Shown here: positions 12,488 to 23,751 of the stretch, one piece after another
Layout: every line of letters begins with the position of its first letter
How positions within the stretch are numbered: the stretch's first letter is position 1
From: Eledone cirrhosa
Lineage: Eukaryota
DNA: 64,000 bases
Assembly (NCBI GenBank): GCA_964016885.1
Contig: OZ024744.1
Span: 44,702,001 to 44,766,000, forward strand
Reading direction: 5' to 3'
Program-made: the position numbers and the translations under genes
The notes under the pieces: generated by a model
The model's database searches: none
Told to the model about the DNA's origin: nothing
The model's input: the letters and a program-made list of their open reading frames with translations, nothing else

Positions 12488-12508
12488 TCTGTCTAGTTTA
12501 TGTATATA
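11375..12508. repeat. Nested inverted-repeat complex (11375-11620 vs 12131-12372; 11966-12135 vs 12325-12508)
   Basis: For example aagtccatggaaccatttgataaaatatatac (11391, 12099) vs tatattttatcaaatggttctatggactt (12331), and tagacagagcc (11981) vs ggctctgtcta (12485). Confidence 0.85.
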
Positions 12509-12619
12509 GCCTCTTCCTGCTATATCAAGCGTTAACCTAATATATCCCTTCAATATACTGTACCGATTGTGTTGTTATTTCTGTTTACCTTTTACATATA
12601 TATATATATATATATATAT

Positions 12620-13290
12620 ATCAGCGCTTACGTGGACCTCTCAAAATTCGTTGGATTTTCCGATTGGATTTTCACCTCGAAACTGGATACCAACCCGGAG
12701 TACACCTGAACTTCCACCAGGAAATCTTTCGTATCTTTCAAATTTTCTTTGCTTCTTGCATTTAAATATTCCACGACTCTCTACCACTTTTCCTCTACTT
12801 CAATCTTTTTACACCACCTTCTTCTTCTCAGCCGTCTATTTTTCACTCCCACCCTAGTACCTTCAGTATGCCCAATCTCAAATCTTTTCTCCGCCAGCTC
12901 CATTCCTCAAATCTTTTCTCCGCTTCCTCCAACCTCTCCCCAATATGCATCCAATGCTCGCTGCATCTCTTCAACCTCATCTTCACCAAAACACAATACA
13001 ACAGTGACATCACATTTTTAAGTCACTGTCTCCACCACCACCTCATTCCCCAGGGATCCGCCTCAATTTTCACCCCAGCTCATACGCTGCTCCCACAACT
13101 AAGCCCATCCTTACCCGTTCCTCTCGCCACCTCATGCGGGCGACTATTCGATCAACTCTCGCCCAAATCCGTTCTCTCAACCGAGATCTCCCCAAAGCCT
13201 ACCCCCATCTCTCCTCGACTTGCCACCCTTTTCTCGCCCAATCCCTTATCCAATTCATCCTTTACCACAATCGCCTCCTTTTCAATTTAG
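12620..13290 (+). mobile_element. 5' fragment (N-terminal coding region) of another Penelope-like element
   Basis: ITFLSHCLHHHLIPQG, then in the shifted frame ILTRSSRHLMRATI, resembling the FLxxCxxxxLIPxG N-terminal motif of PLE ORFs; C/T-rich and bounded by (TA)n. Confidence 0.55.
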
Positions 13291-13321
13291 CCATGTAGAG
13301 CGATACATTTTCATTTATTAT

Positions 13322-13380
<59 letters not shown>

Positions 13381-13435
13381 AAAAAATAGAGGTGTAACAC
13401 ACAAGTTATTATATATTGGTAAACGGAATAGAAAA

Positions 13436-13581
13436 TTTTGAGATAGAACGTCCGTGATGTTTGCTCTGATCTGATTAGTTTTGGGAATTCTACCTGTTTT
13501 CTACGAAAACAGGTAGAAAACCGGTAGAATTCCCAAAACTAATCAGATCAGAGCAAACATCACGGACGCTCTATCTCAAAA
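13436..13581. repeat. ~60-bp-arm hairpin within a dispersed repeat whose other rearranged copy lies at 15826-16056
   Basis: ttttgagatagaacgtccgtgatgtttgctctgatctgattagttttgggaattctacc pairs with ggtagaattcccaaaactaatcagatcagagcaaacatcacggacgctctatctcaaaa. aatagaggtgtaacacacaag occurs at 13385 and 15831. Confidence 0.85.
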
Positions 13582-13706
13582 TTATTTTTGAAAAGCATTA
13601 GAAATGCGGAACCGGTAAAACTTAAAGCCAAAACTGAATACTAACCTCTTTGTGTATTTTTCTCTGTATACTTATATATATATAGATATATAGATATATA
13701 TATATG

Positions 13707-13879
<173 letters not shown>

Positions 13880-14129
13880 GTGTGCGTGTGAGTGTGTGTG
13901 TGTGTATTAAATAGAATAATGTGTGTGGGGTCGTATTGGTGTAAATTGTTGGCACAAACCAAAGATGTGGCTTCCTATCCCATGTACGTCAATTCTCATC
14001 CTTTTTTCCATTCCCAACTAATAGATTAATATATTTAATTAAATACGGCGTAAGCACACATTACTAGCTATTTTTACAATCTTCGCTGTTTATAAACAAA
14101 GCATGCTTTATATATATATATATTAATAG

Positions 14130-14560
14130 TAAATACGTCCACAACTTCCGAAACCCAAGCCCGTAAAAGGGCACTGTCTAACTGTCCAAACAATGACACC
14201 TACCCACTGGAAAACAAATATTTGATGGACGACATCATTTACAAAAGTGACGAAATATCAAGTAACAACAAAAAGAAAATTCATTTGCATCACCTCTAAC
14301 AATTTTAAGACGCGACGGTTCCCCCATTCCCACTACTTTAGACGACTAGACAAATCAAATCTCTACTGGCCACTTATGTATAGAATGCAGTCCATCCTCT
14401 TCAAGCTAAAATGGAAAATACACTAGTGGGCATAAGAGCTGTAGTTTATCTATCTCAGAGAGCTACGAGATATTCTTTGCCAAGGGTCCTATCCTGAACA
14501 AACTCTCCTAAATCAATGTATAAAACAAACATAACATATAGAGCCTACAAACCAGTTCTG
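14130..14560 (+). pseudogene. Highly decayed Penelope GIY-YIG fragment
   Basis: NCPNNDTYPLENKYLMDDIIYK...ICITSNNFKTR matches the CxCxxxxxCPLxxxCLxxxIIY...YIGxTxxxFKxR pattern. Confidence 0.6.
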
Positions 14561-14874
14561 TTTCGGAACGGTAGAATGGATAAACTATATAACTCGAACA
14601 TATATCAACTTTTCTCCCACATCCCACCTCTATTATGACCCGCTTCATAATGGCGATGGTCGTGACTGTGATTTTTCCTTAGTTACCATCACTATCAGTA
14701 ATATACGTGTGTATGTATATATATATATATATATATATGCGTGTGAGAGCTGATGTACGAGGGCATGTAGGCAGGCGCTTGTGGTGGCATATGTTGTTAG
14801 TTATATGGTCGTGGGCGTGTGTGTATGTGAGTGTGTGTGTATATGGATATGGGTGTGTATATGTACATGTGTGT

Positions 14875-14937
<63 letters not shown>

Positions 14938-15626
14938 CGGGTGTGCGTGAATGTGTGTGTATATGTGTGTGTGAGTGACTTGTGAAATACCCAACCCAGC
15001 ATAAATTCATTGAAGTGTGTCGAACGGACAGTAGCTGATGGAGAGTATGGCAGCAAATATTGGCCAGAATTTATGATGTAGAAAAACAACAGCCAACAGC
15101 AGGACAAGCGAGGAAGATGTTTTTTGAAACTAAAATCCCAGTGAGAAAATTTGGTCCGAAATTATTACAAGTGTCCGACGAACCTGCAGTTCTAGAATCA
15201 GACAGATCCATACAATGATCGTGTCTCGAGCTGTCTGCCGGCGAAACAATTGTAATACACAATAAATTAAGTCCAGATGCATCACCGATTTTTCGTTTTA
15301 TATTATATATATATATATAGAGAGAGAGATTACAGTAATCAAAGTTCAGTTTAAGTCATTTATTTGCTTACAATTGTTTCCTCCAAACCGAGGTTTGGAT
15401 TCTTCGGAGCAGCTAATTATAACATACTTGACCTCCTTTTCAACCCAAGAGACACATAAAACATATGCGCATAGGATAGTAATTAAAGACTATCTCTCAC
15501 TATTTAGGGTTTGTGTATATATAATATATTACCATCAAAGGTTTTATTGCATACATAACCATAAATAGTACCCTTAATACTATATATATACATAAGTCAA
15601 TTGCATAAACTCATAATCCTTTATTT

Positions 15627-15682
15627 ACTGCTATATATATTTCGATGATAGCCATTGAATGGCTATGATCTCATCAGGCAGT
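15627..15682 (-). ncRNA. Minimal type-I hammerhead ribozyme, intact core
   Basis: Minus strand ACUGC-CUGAUGA-[GAUcAUAGCCAU uca AUGGCUAUcAUC]-GAAA-UAUAUA-UA-GCAGU then AAAUAAA. Stem I 5 bp, long stem II, palindromic loop III. Confidence 0.85.
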
Positions 15683-15745
15683 TAGTCAGTTCTTAGATAT
15701 GTAAGGTCTGTGTTTATGGTGTTGATGGTATCAGAGCTTTGGGAC

Positions 15746-15826
<81 letters not shown>

Positions 15827-16059
15827 AAAGAATAGAGGTGTAACACACAAGTTATTATATATTGGTAAACGGAATAGAAAATGCTGACAAATTGTTCACA
15901 GTTGAAAAATGGTTTAATTAGGAATAAAAGAGTATTAGTGATTGTATGGGTTAGTATTCAGTTGTGGTTTTAAGTTTTTAAGTTTTTACCGGTTGCGCAT
16001 TTCTAAATGCTTTTCAAAAATAATTTTGAGATAGAGTGTCCGTGCTGTTTGCTCTGTAC

Positions 16060-16241
16060 GCTACACGTATTATTTCCAACAAGTGAAGCAGCCACCGGGT
16101 TTTGGCGGGTAAATTGAAAGTGTTAAGTTGCAAAAAACGAATCGAGGTTGACTTTGCCTTTCATCCTTACGGGGTCGATAAAATAAAGTACCAGTAATGC
16201 ACTGGGTATTTGCTGGCCTTATGCCTAAAAGTAGAAACAAT

Positions 16242-16245
<4 letters not shown>
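16060..16245 (+). mobile_element. Cephalopod-type SINE copy
   Basis: gaggttgactttgcctttcatccttacggggtcgataaaataaagtaccag core plus gctggccttatgcctaaaagtagaaac tail; recalled as the abundant octopus SINE core. Confidence 0.7.
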
Positions 16246-16311
<66 letters not shown>

Positions 16312-16803
16312 CGGTTATCTAAATATATATAATAATAAAAAATATTTCGCTCTACATAGCTGAATACAATAAATGTAATCTGAGTTTTTCGAATATTAAT
16401 AATAACATTTGATTCGTTTTTTGCAATTATGCAAACAAGCCTCATTTTTAAAGCCATGTCAGTAGAATGAACCCTTCATTCTTGCTCTTGTGTTGGCATG
16501 TAAACAGAACTGAAGACACTAATGTTTCTGGGTATCACGCTTCATCAGTACAGCTCACTGTTCACCTGCCAACTGTCAGAGCTAGAGAAAATATATGCTA
16601 TTTTCTAAAATATACACTGACTGATAGGCTTGATTTGCATATTAGCAGACTGGCTGATCAGTCAGATCTGCATATTAGCGGACTGGCCAGTCAGTTTCCT
16701 GTATACGAGCGACAAATTATTATTTGAATGTGGCAAAGCCGGCCATTTATATATATAGATATAGATATATGTATGTATGTATATAATAATAATAAATATT
16801 TTA

Positions 16804-16899
<96 letters not shown>

Positions 16900-16901
<2 letters not shown>

Positions 16902-18350
16902 ATACCTCGTGTACATCAGAAGATGCTGTCATCAGGTTTAGGAGTTCAGCAAATTATTCTCTCCACCCCACGAGGATGAAACCCTCTGAAGAGAGGAGAA
17001 CCCAAGACACCCAGCGTGGAGGAGGGCTTCTTATTACGAAGTCGCTTGAGGGTCTGCCAGAACACTTTATTTGCTGATCTGAAGTCGGATTCCAGCTTAA
17101 CACCAAAGTCCTTTTATATCTTAACTTCGGACGCCTTTACTGTCACTGATGCGACTTTTCGTGCCTGCATGTATCACAAGTGTAAGAAGGAAGAATTATT
17201 TCGAAGCCAAGCTTTGTAGGCTCCCTTCATTGCGCGGATGGCATCTTTGGCCGCTTGATTGAACCAAGGGGACCTCCTGCTATCTGGTACCACACCAAGA
17301 CTCTTTCGCCACAAGCATTGAACAGCTGAAGCAGAAACTGCTGCGCTGAACAATTTCTTCTCTGTTTAACCTCTTCAGTTTTCTCAGGAATTTCTCTGAA
17401 TTTGGTATCTGCATACCTGGTCCTGGCTTCCTTACTCCCCTACGCTTCCCACTTTATCCTGTAGATCTACCTGCTAGGTTTTACTTCTTTGGCTTTAGGT
17501 AGTCTCAAGTTTCAGATAACTAGATGGTATTTAGCTGAGAGCTCAGCCCCTCTCTTAACATCCAGCACGGAATCGAAAAGGTCAGGGACAATAATAAAAT
17601 CAGTTATTGATCTCTCTCCACGATCCTCCTTATACCATGAATATTTATGAATATCTCTGTGCTGGACAATGTGTTCATAATCAAGAGTCTATTGCTAGAA
17701 CAAGTCTAATAAAGTCTCTTCGGTGTTCTTTCGATAGGGATCGCCAATCTTTACAATCACTCAGGGGGAACGTGCTATATATGTATTGAAGTCCCCTATT
17801 AGGATATGTGACCCAGTTATTACTACATCTAACACTGCAGTAAATTAATCACGTAAGGATCTGTATTCAGACTCCTTGTTTGGTGCATAAACTTGCACCA
17901 CCCAAAGAGACCTATATTCCAGCCAAAGCTTCAAGAAGCAAATCCGCCCTCCTAATGGTATCCGGTCCATAACAGATTCTGACAGCCATGAGCTTGTGAG
18001 TATCTCCACTCCCACCTGTAGAAGGACGATGCAGTATGATTATTTTTGTTACCTCTCACCATATTGCTGTTTTTGTGGTGTTTTCTGTGCCAGTCACCAA
18101 TCTGGTACTTTCTCAGACCCTCGTTGACCAGGCCTTTTTAGAGGCGGCCATAACTCGCGTTGTCATAGCTACATAACAGGGTTGTGGGAGATTTCTTTGG
18201 AGTTGAAGGTGTCACCCATTGCTCCATCTCCCCTAGTAGTTTACCACTGTTGGACCGGGGCTGCTTATTCGTCCGGCAGGTGCCTACACATATCATACCT
18301 AACCATCATATCTAGCGGCCGTATTGCTATCCGCCACCTGCAACACGTAC
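16900..18350 (-). mobile_element. Decayed RTE-clade LINE (5' UTR, APE endonuclease, start of linker)
   Basis: Minus-strand translation VGVEILTSS..VVQVYAPNKESEY..LIGDF..LSAKYHLV..PWFNQAAKDAI..DFRSANKVFWQT; many stops and frameshifts. Confidence 0.75.
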
Positions 18351-19170
18351 TCTAGCAGTACAACTCTGCCAAATATACATATATATGAGTTTAAAGTTGC
18401 TTCACTGCTTTATATTGTGTTTGCTTAATAAACAGTTGAGAACGAAGCAGCTAGAGTAATGATGAAGTTATATTTAACATATATAAATATCTCCATAACA
18501 TATTTAATTATCTTCTTATAAACAACTAGTTCAATCGTATAAATATATGTTATAATAGGGTTCTTTATAAGCCCTTGAAAGTATAACTAATTGAACCCAG
18601 TCATATTCTAGGTAGTAGAACGCAATGATACAATATAAAAAAATCTTGTCAATTTTATGGTCATTACCAAAAGAAGTGCACACAATTATGGTAACTGTTT
18701 ACTAGTGACAAATCGTTTAAACGAAATATATTGGTCATGGACACAGAAACACATTGCTAATATTTAAACAATGTCTATAAACCCATAACTCTACAACCTT
18801 AGTCTGTCGCTTCTCCCCGTCACTCAAGAAACTGAATGAAATAACACTAATTGTTTGATAAAACTTTACTAATGTATCAAAATCATATATAGGCATTTTG
18901 TTGTTTCCAAAACAACGATTATTTCCTTATTTTAAGTATTGACATAACTATCTTTAGCACAAACTTCAGCCAAATGACCAAATATAGCATGTTGTCCTCA
19001 CCTATAAAGGTGAAACAGACACAATCATCCTTCACAATTCTCACTAAACCTTAACTAAGGTAAGTTACTGGACTGCTATCATTCCCTTGCTATAATTGGT
19101 CCTGAGTCAGAAAAACCTACTAAACTATATTTGCTTACACTCTCTAATTTCCTCGCTGACACCTTTAGTA

Positions 19171-19218
<48 letters not shown>

Positions 19219-19506
19219 TCACATACTTATGGCTCTCAACATACACCATCAGAGTCTCACACAATATTCAGGTTGTGTAGTTCACATTTTCTGCTTCATT
19301 AACTTGTCATAGTTCTCTTACTTTTAACTTTATGACCAAGAGATATCTAAAAGTCAGTGACACTCAACCACCACCTCAGTGACTCCTTCACCACCATTGC
19401 TATGTTTTTCTTTGTACATTACAATCTTGATCCGATATTTTTTTTTATTTCTGTATCTCAACCAATGAAATAGAAAATCTTACATTTTTTTTTTTTTTTA
19501 TTCCAG

Positions 19507-19664
19507 GTAAAAGTTGTCCTTCAAGATGGTCAAGATGATGTGACGCTAAGGTTCAACGGAAGAAATTCGGATATGTACAGCTGGTTCGAGTATTCAAGAC
19601 TTCTAGAAGCACCATGGACTGACCTCAGTGCAGGCTTCGATTATTTTGACATACATGGATCATT
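19507..19664 (+). CDS. Internal exon of a host gene (uncharacterised mollusc-type domain)
   Basis: Strong acceptor (T)17attccag| and donor |gtacgt. Open frame VKVVLQDGQDDVTLRFNGRNSDMYSWFEYSRLLEAPWTDLSAGFDYFDIHGS resembles the FxGxxSxxxxWFxxxRLxxSPWxDL...YFxIxG motif I recall from uncharacterised invertebrate proteins. Confidence 0.75.
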
Positions 19665-20189
19665 GTACGTATAAATATAGTTTTCATCTTTGAGAAAGAA
19701 ATTATTTTGAGAGGTCTCATCTGTTGTGGCAAAAGAACAACAAATGTTCTGTTGTTTGTTACATCAAATATACACCTAATAAACTCTGTGATGGAGTTAG
19801 TGAAAGGAGAGGCATCCAGCGCTAGAAAACTTGCCAATGAGTCAAATAGACTCATGATATATCAAAGACATGACAACTTACCTAGTGTTGGTATTAGGAT
19901 AATATGTACCCAGGGGACTAGGTAGATTGCGAGAACATATGTCAGCCTCTGGCCCATCTGAGAGGTAGGAAGCTTATGTTAAGTACTAACTTGGTCTGTG
20001 CTGACACATTCAAGTATCCCTGCTAACAAGAAAAATAGATGTTAAATAATGACGACAACGATGTTGACAATGATGATGAGGGTAATGATGTTGGACAGCA
20101 GTGGATGGACAGAATCAATAAAACATCATATACAAAACCTTGTGACATTTGTTCTGACTCTCTACTCCCTGATTACACCTACTACCGAT

Positions 20190-20312
20190 GTCAATATTGG
20201 GTTTCATATATCCGGGACTGATAAAATAAAGTATCACTGAAATACCAGGGTCAATATAATTGAATTTCTTCCCCCCTAAAAATTACTGGCCTTGTACCTA
20301 ACTTAGAAACTA
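20190..20312 (+). mobile_element. Diverged SINE copy
   Basis: tttcatatatccgggactgataaaataaagtatcactg...actggccttgtacctaacttagaaac, homologous to 16060-16245. Confidence 0.6.
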
Positions 20313-20559
20313 CTGTTTAATTATTGCAGTTTGTTAAAAACTTTTGAACCTAACAAAATTCTGCATAGTCAAAGAAAGAATTCCAAATCTCAAAGACTAT
20401 GTAAAGCTTTTCGTACTCTTATATTCAATATTTTTAAGGTTAAATTTGAACTTGTTTGATACCTGTAGGTCTGATTGGTGAATATTTTTGAGAATAAGGG
20501 ACCTAATTAGTGATAATCTTCTGAGCAAAACACCATCACCTGCCCGTCAAAAGTGTTTA

Positions 20560-20990
20560 AATAAAATGTGCCAATTGTTCCTATTCTTTATATTCTGAGT
20601 TCAAATCACACCAATATCAAGTTTACAAATCTTTCTCGTATTGAGAGAATACAGCAAAGTACTGGGGTTCATTTAAACATCTTACATTGCCAACAAAGTT
20701 TCTGACCTTGAGCTATGTTAGACAGTTTTATATGACAAGAGAAAAATGTTTAAAGGTATTTAATAAAGATGTCTGATCAAAGCTAATTTCTTCCAAGAGA
20801 GAGAGAGAGAGAGGGAGTATGTGTGTGTGTGTGTGTAGGTGTGGGTGTGTGCCTGCGTGTGTGTGTAAGAGAGAGATAAAAACATAGAAGAAAAATGTAT
20901 CCCAGCACTAGAATGGTACTTTAATTGTCTACTTTAAAAGGATGAATAGTAAATTTGATCTGAACAGGATTTGAACTCAGAGAGCCGGAA
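20560..20990. mobile_element. Two further diverged SINE copies (+ at ~20560-20722; - at ~20900-20990)
   Basis: ctgagttcaaat B-box-like motif with a SINE tail; reverse copy ggtactttaatt...aaaggatgaatagtaaatttgatc...atttgaactcag. Confidence 0.5.
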
Positions 20991-22329
20991 CAAATCACAC
21001 AAATATGTGATCAAATGTAATGATTCTGGCTATTGATTTAGTTCTGTACCTCTCTGATTGAGGAGACATACGGAAAAAGAAACATCTTGTCTCTTGGTTA
21101 CATACATAATAAGCGTATCCCCGTTGCTGTGATTACCTCAATATTTTATAATAGGTATAGTGGAAGAAGAACCTAAAAGGTTTGGATGAGGAAAAGCATC
21201 TGGTTGTTAAATTGTGTATCGTAATACCATGTCCAAACTATACCACATCATGGAAATATGGACGTAAAAACGATGCTGAATGTATCCAGGACTACATAGT
21301 CCAGGAGCTCTTTTCCTTTTCACACACACACACACACGCAGACACACACATTTATAGTTGAGTTTGTGTGTATATCTATGTGTATGTTTTGTGTATGAGT
21401 GGAATGAGTGAACACAGAGTAAGACGAAAGTGCTTGTTAGGAGTGTTCTACATAAAGTATATACATACAGATAACGTCATACTATCTGAATATAGTGATT
21501 GTTAATATACGAAGTCTATCCTCTCAATTTCAAGACAGAAATTACCTTTAGAGATGTTCAGGTTATGTGAAACTACCATGGGAGAAAACTCTCTAAGCTT
21601 CAGCTGCTTCATCAAGCTTAGACTTTGGTTACAAGCCAAGAGGGTGAAAGCAAAGGGTATGTTTTGATCATATTCGATCTCCTAAGCAAATTATGTTGAT
21701 TTAGCAAGTTGTGATGACTAAGAATAGTTGGATAAATATTTAAAAAGGAACTCACTACCATCGGCACGGAGTTGACTACTCGCAGGTGGAAACCTCACGG
21801 GATGGAATGGCTCTTCCTGCGCGTCTCCCTCACCATCCTTCGGGAAAACGCCTTCTCTATTCTGTCCGCCGAGACCGTAGGGTGGCCAGCGCGTGGGCCC
21901 TTGTTTGCTTATAATAATGAGTGATGGTGAAAGCGGGAGTGACGAAGGCAGTGACAGTGGGAGTTTGGCACCATCGTGTTCAGAACTGATGTATATGCAT
22001 ATGTTTATTTACCACAGCACATATAGATACATGTATGTACATATATATACACATACAATTGGAACAAGTGTTGAACATTTTTTATGTCAATAAAAGGTAA
22101 ATTAAATGCTCTGCAGAAAATGGATGCATAATCTGTTAATGGGGAGTGGGAAAACAACAGTATGCCCATGCAAGCACGCAATAACAGATGTAAAAGATTA
22201 AAATATATATACATATACACATACATACTCACATACATACATACATAGCTATATATATATACATATGTATGAACAAGCAGCTGGATTAAAGTATATATAC
22301 ATACATATATGGTGGCTGCAATATACGTA

Positions 22330-22810
22330 CTCGTTTTCGAGTACGGCCACTACTTTATATCCATGTAGGAGAACCCCTACCAATGCGCTGAACAAGTGTG
22401 ACTTTTTAGTCCAGCCAGCGACTTGAAAACTCTGGTACAAGCACGACACTTGTGACAATTACTGACATTGGGCCCATGGTACCATGTGATGACAAGTGCA
22501 GAGATATCTCCAGATATAAAGCAATGCCTGTGCCGTGAAGTTTTTATAGTGAGCAAAGGCACTGCACAAAGCCAGTCCCACTCTCTTAACCAAGATGATA
22601 TTTACCAAAAAGAAGAACAAGTCAACATCATTGGATACCATCAGGGTTGCAGGTGTTATATCATAGTTTTCCTTCTCCTAGAATTCTGCCTTGACAAAGG
22701 CTAAGGGGTCATCTCTCCCGGTGATTTTGGATGGCCATTGACTCTTAAGAGCTCCTTTGCCCTTTGACAGGTTTTGCTTTTAGTCCTGCAGGATGTCCAA
22801 AGTCACCCCC
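22330..22810 (-). mobile_element. RTE/BovB-derived internally deleted (bipartite) element
   Basis: C-terminal zinc-finger remnant CRACTRVFKSLAGLKSH fused directly to an RTE 5'-UTR-like segment (ccttctcctaga..gccttgacaaaggct on +); related to 23491-23751. Confidence 0.55.
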
Positions 22811-22820
22811 TCACCAAGAA

Positions 22821-23456
22821 ACATACATACATAATATGAAAGAGCACTGGTGGAATGTTCCAGTAAAAACCCCAATAAAATGCAGGCATAACAGACCAGA
22901 TATTATGATATGGGACAGGGAAAAGAAGGCATGCACAGTAGTGGAAGTTAGCTGCCCAGCAGATGCCAATATAATATCAAAGATTAGTGAAAAGAAGAAT
23001 ATTTATGCGGAACTGATGAGAAATCTGCAGATACTCCACCCTGATTACACCTTCAGATTTATGCCTGTGATTAATGGGGCTCTAGGATATGTTAGTAACT
23101 GCCTCAATACAAATCTTGTGAATCTGGGCCTCACAGGAACGGAAAGAACACAACTAGTTAGGAAATTACAAGTACAATCCATTAATGGAACAGTAAAAAT
23201 ATGCAAAACATTCCCCAAACTGCATATACACATGTACAGATACAAAGCATATACACATGCACAGATATAACTCAAAACATCCACATCCACACATACAATA
23301 ACATCCATATCTACACATGCATGCTTGCAGACATGAATACATATCTACCTAGTTGATGTTGTGTAAATTCCAATGAGAGAGTCTTGTGTCTATAGTAGAA
23401 ACCGACTCTCTCTCTATTGGCAAACATTTGTAAAATTATAAAACCAGAAGAATATG
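22821..23456 (+). mobile_element. R4/Dong-like non-LTR 3' fragment (family C), RLE endonuclease
   Basis: WWNVPVKT..HNRPDIMIWD..VVEVSCPAD..K..Y..PVINGALG; bordered by (TACA)n. Confidence 0.8.
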
Positions 23457-23490
23457 CATACACACATACATACATACATACATACAAATA

Positions 23491-23751
23491 TGACGGCTGT
23501 CCCCTCGTTATCGAGTATGGCCATTGCACGATATAACATTATTAATAATTATCAATAAATGCTATCGTGCAATGCCTGTGCGTGAAGATTCTTTTTTAAG
23601 TGAGGAAAAACTGAGCACTGAGCCAATCCCACTCCCTGAGCGACAGTAGTTATAGCCCTAAAAGAAGAAAAGATCAACATCATCGGTAACTACTGAGCCG
23701 CAAGTTTTATGTCGGAGCTATCCAAGTTTCCTCAGTTGCCTTCTCCTAGAA
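23491..23751 (-). mobile_element. RTE-derived non-autonomous element interrupted by the hAT transposon
   Basis: Shares tcgttatcgagtatggcca, gcaatgcctgtgcgtgaag and ccttctcctaga with 22330-22810. Confidence 0.5.
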
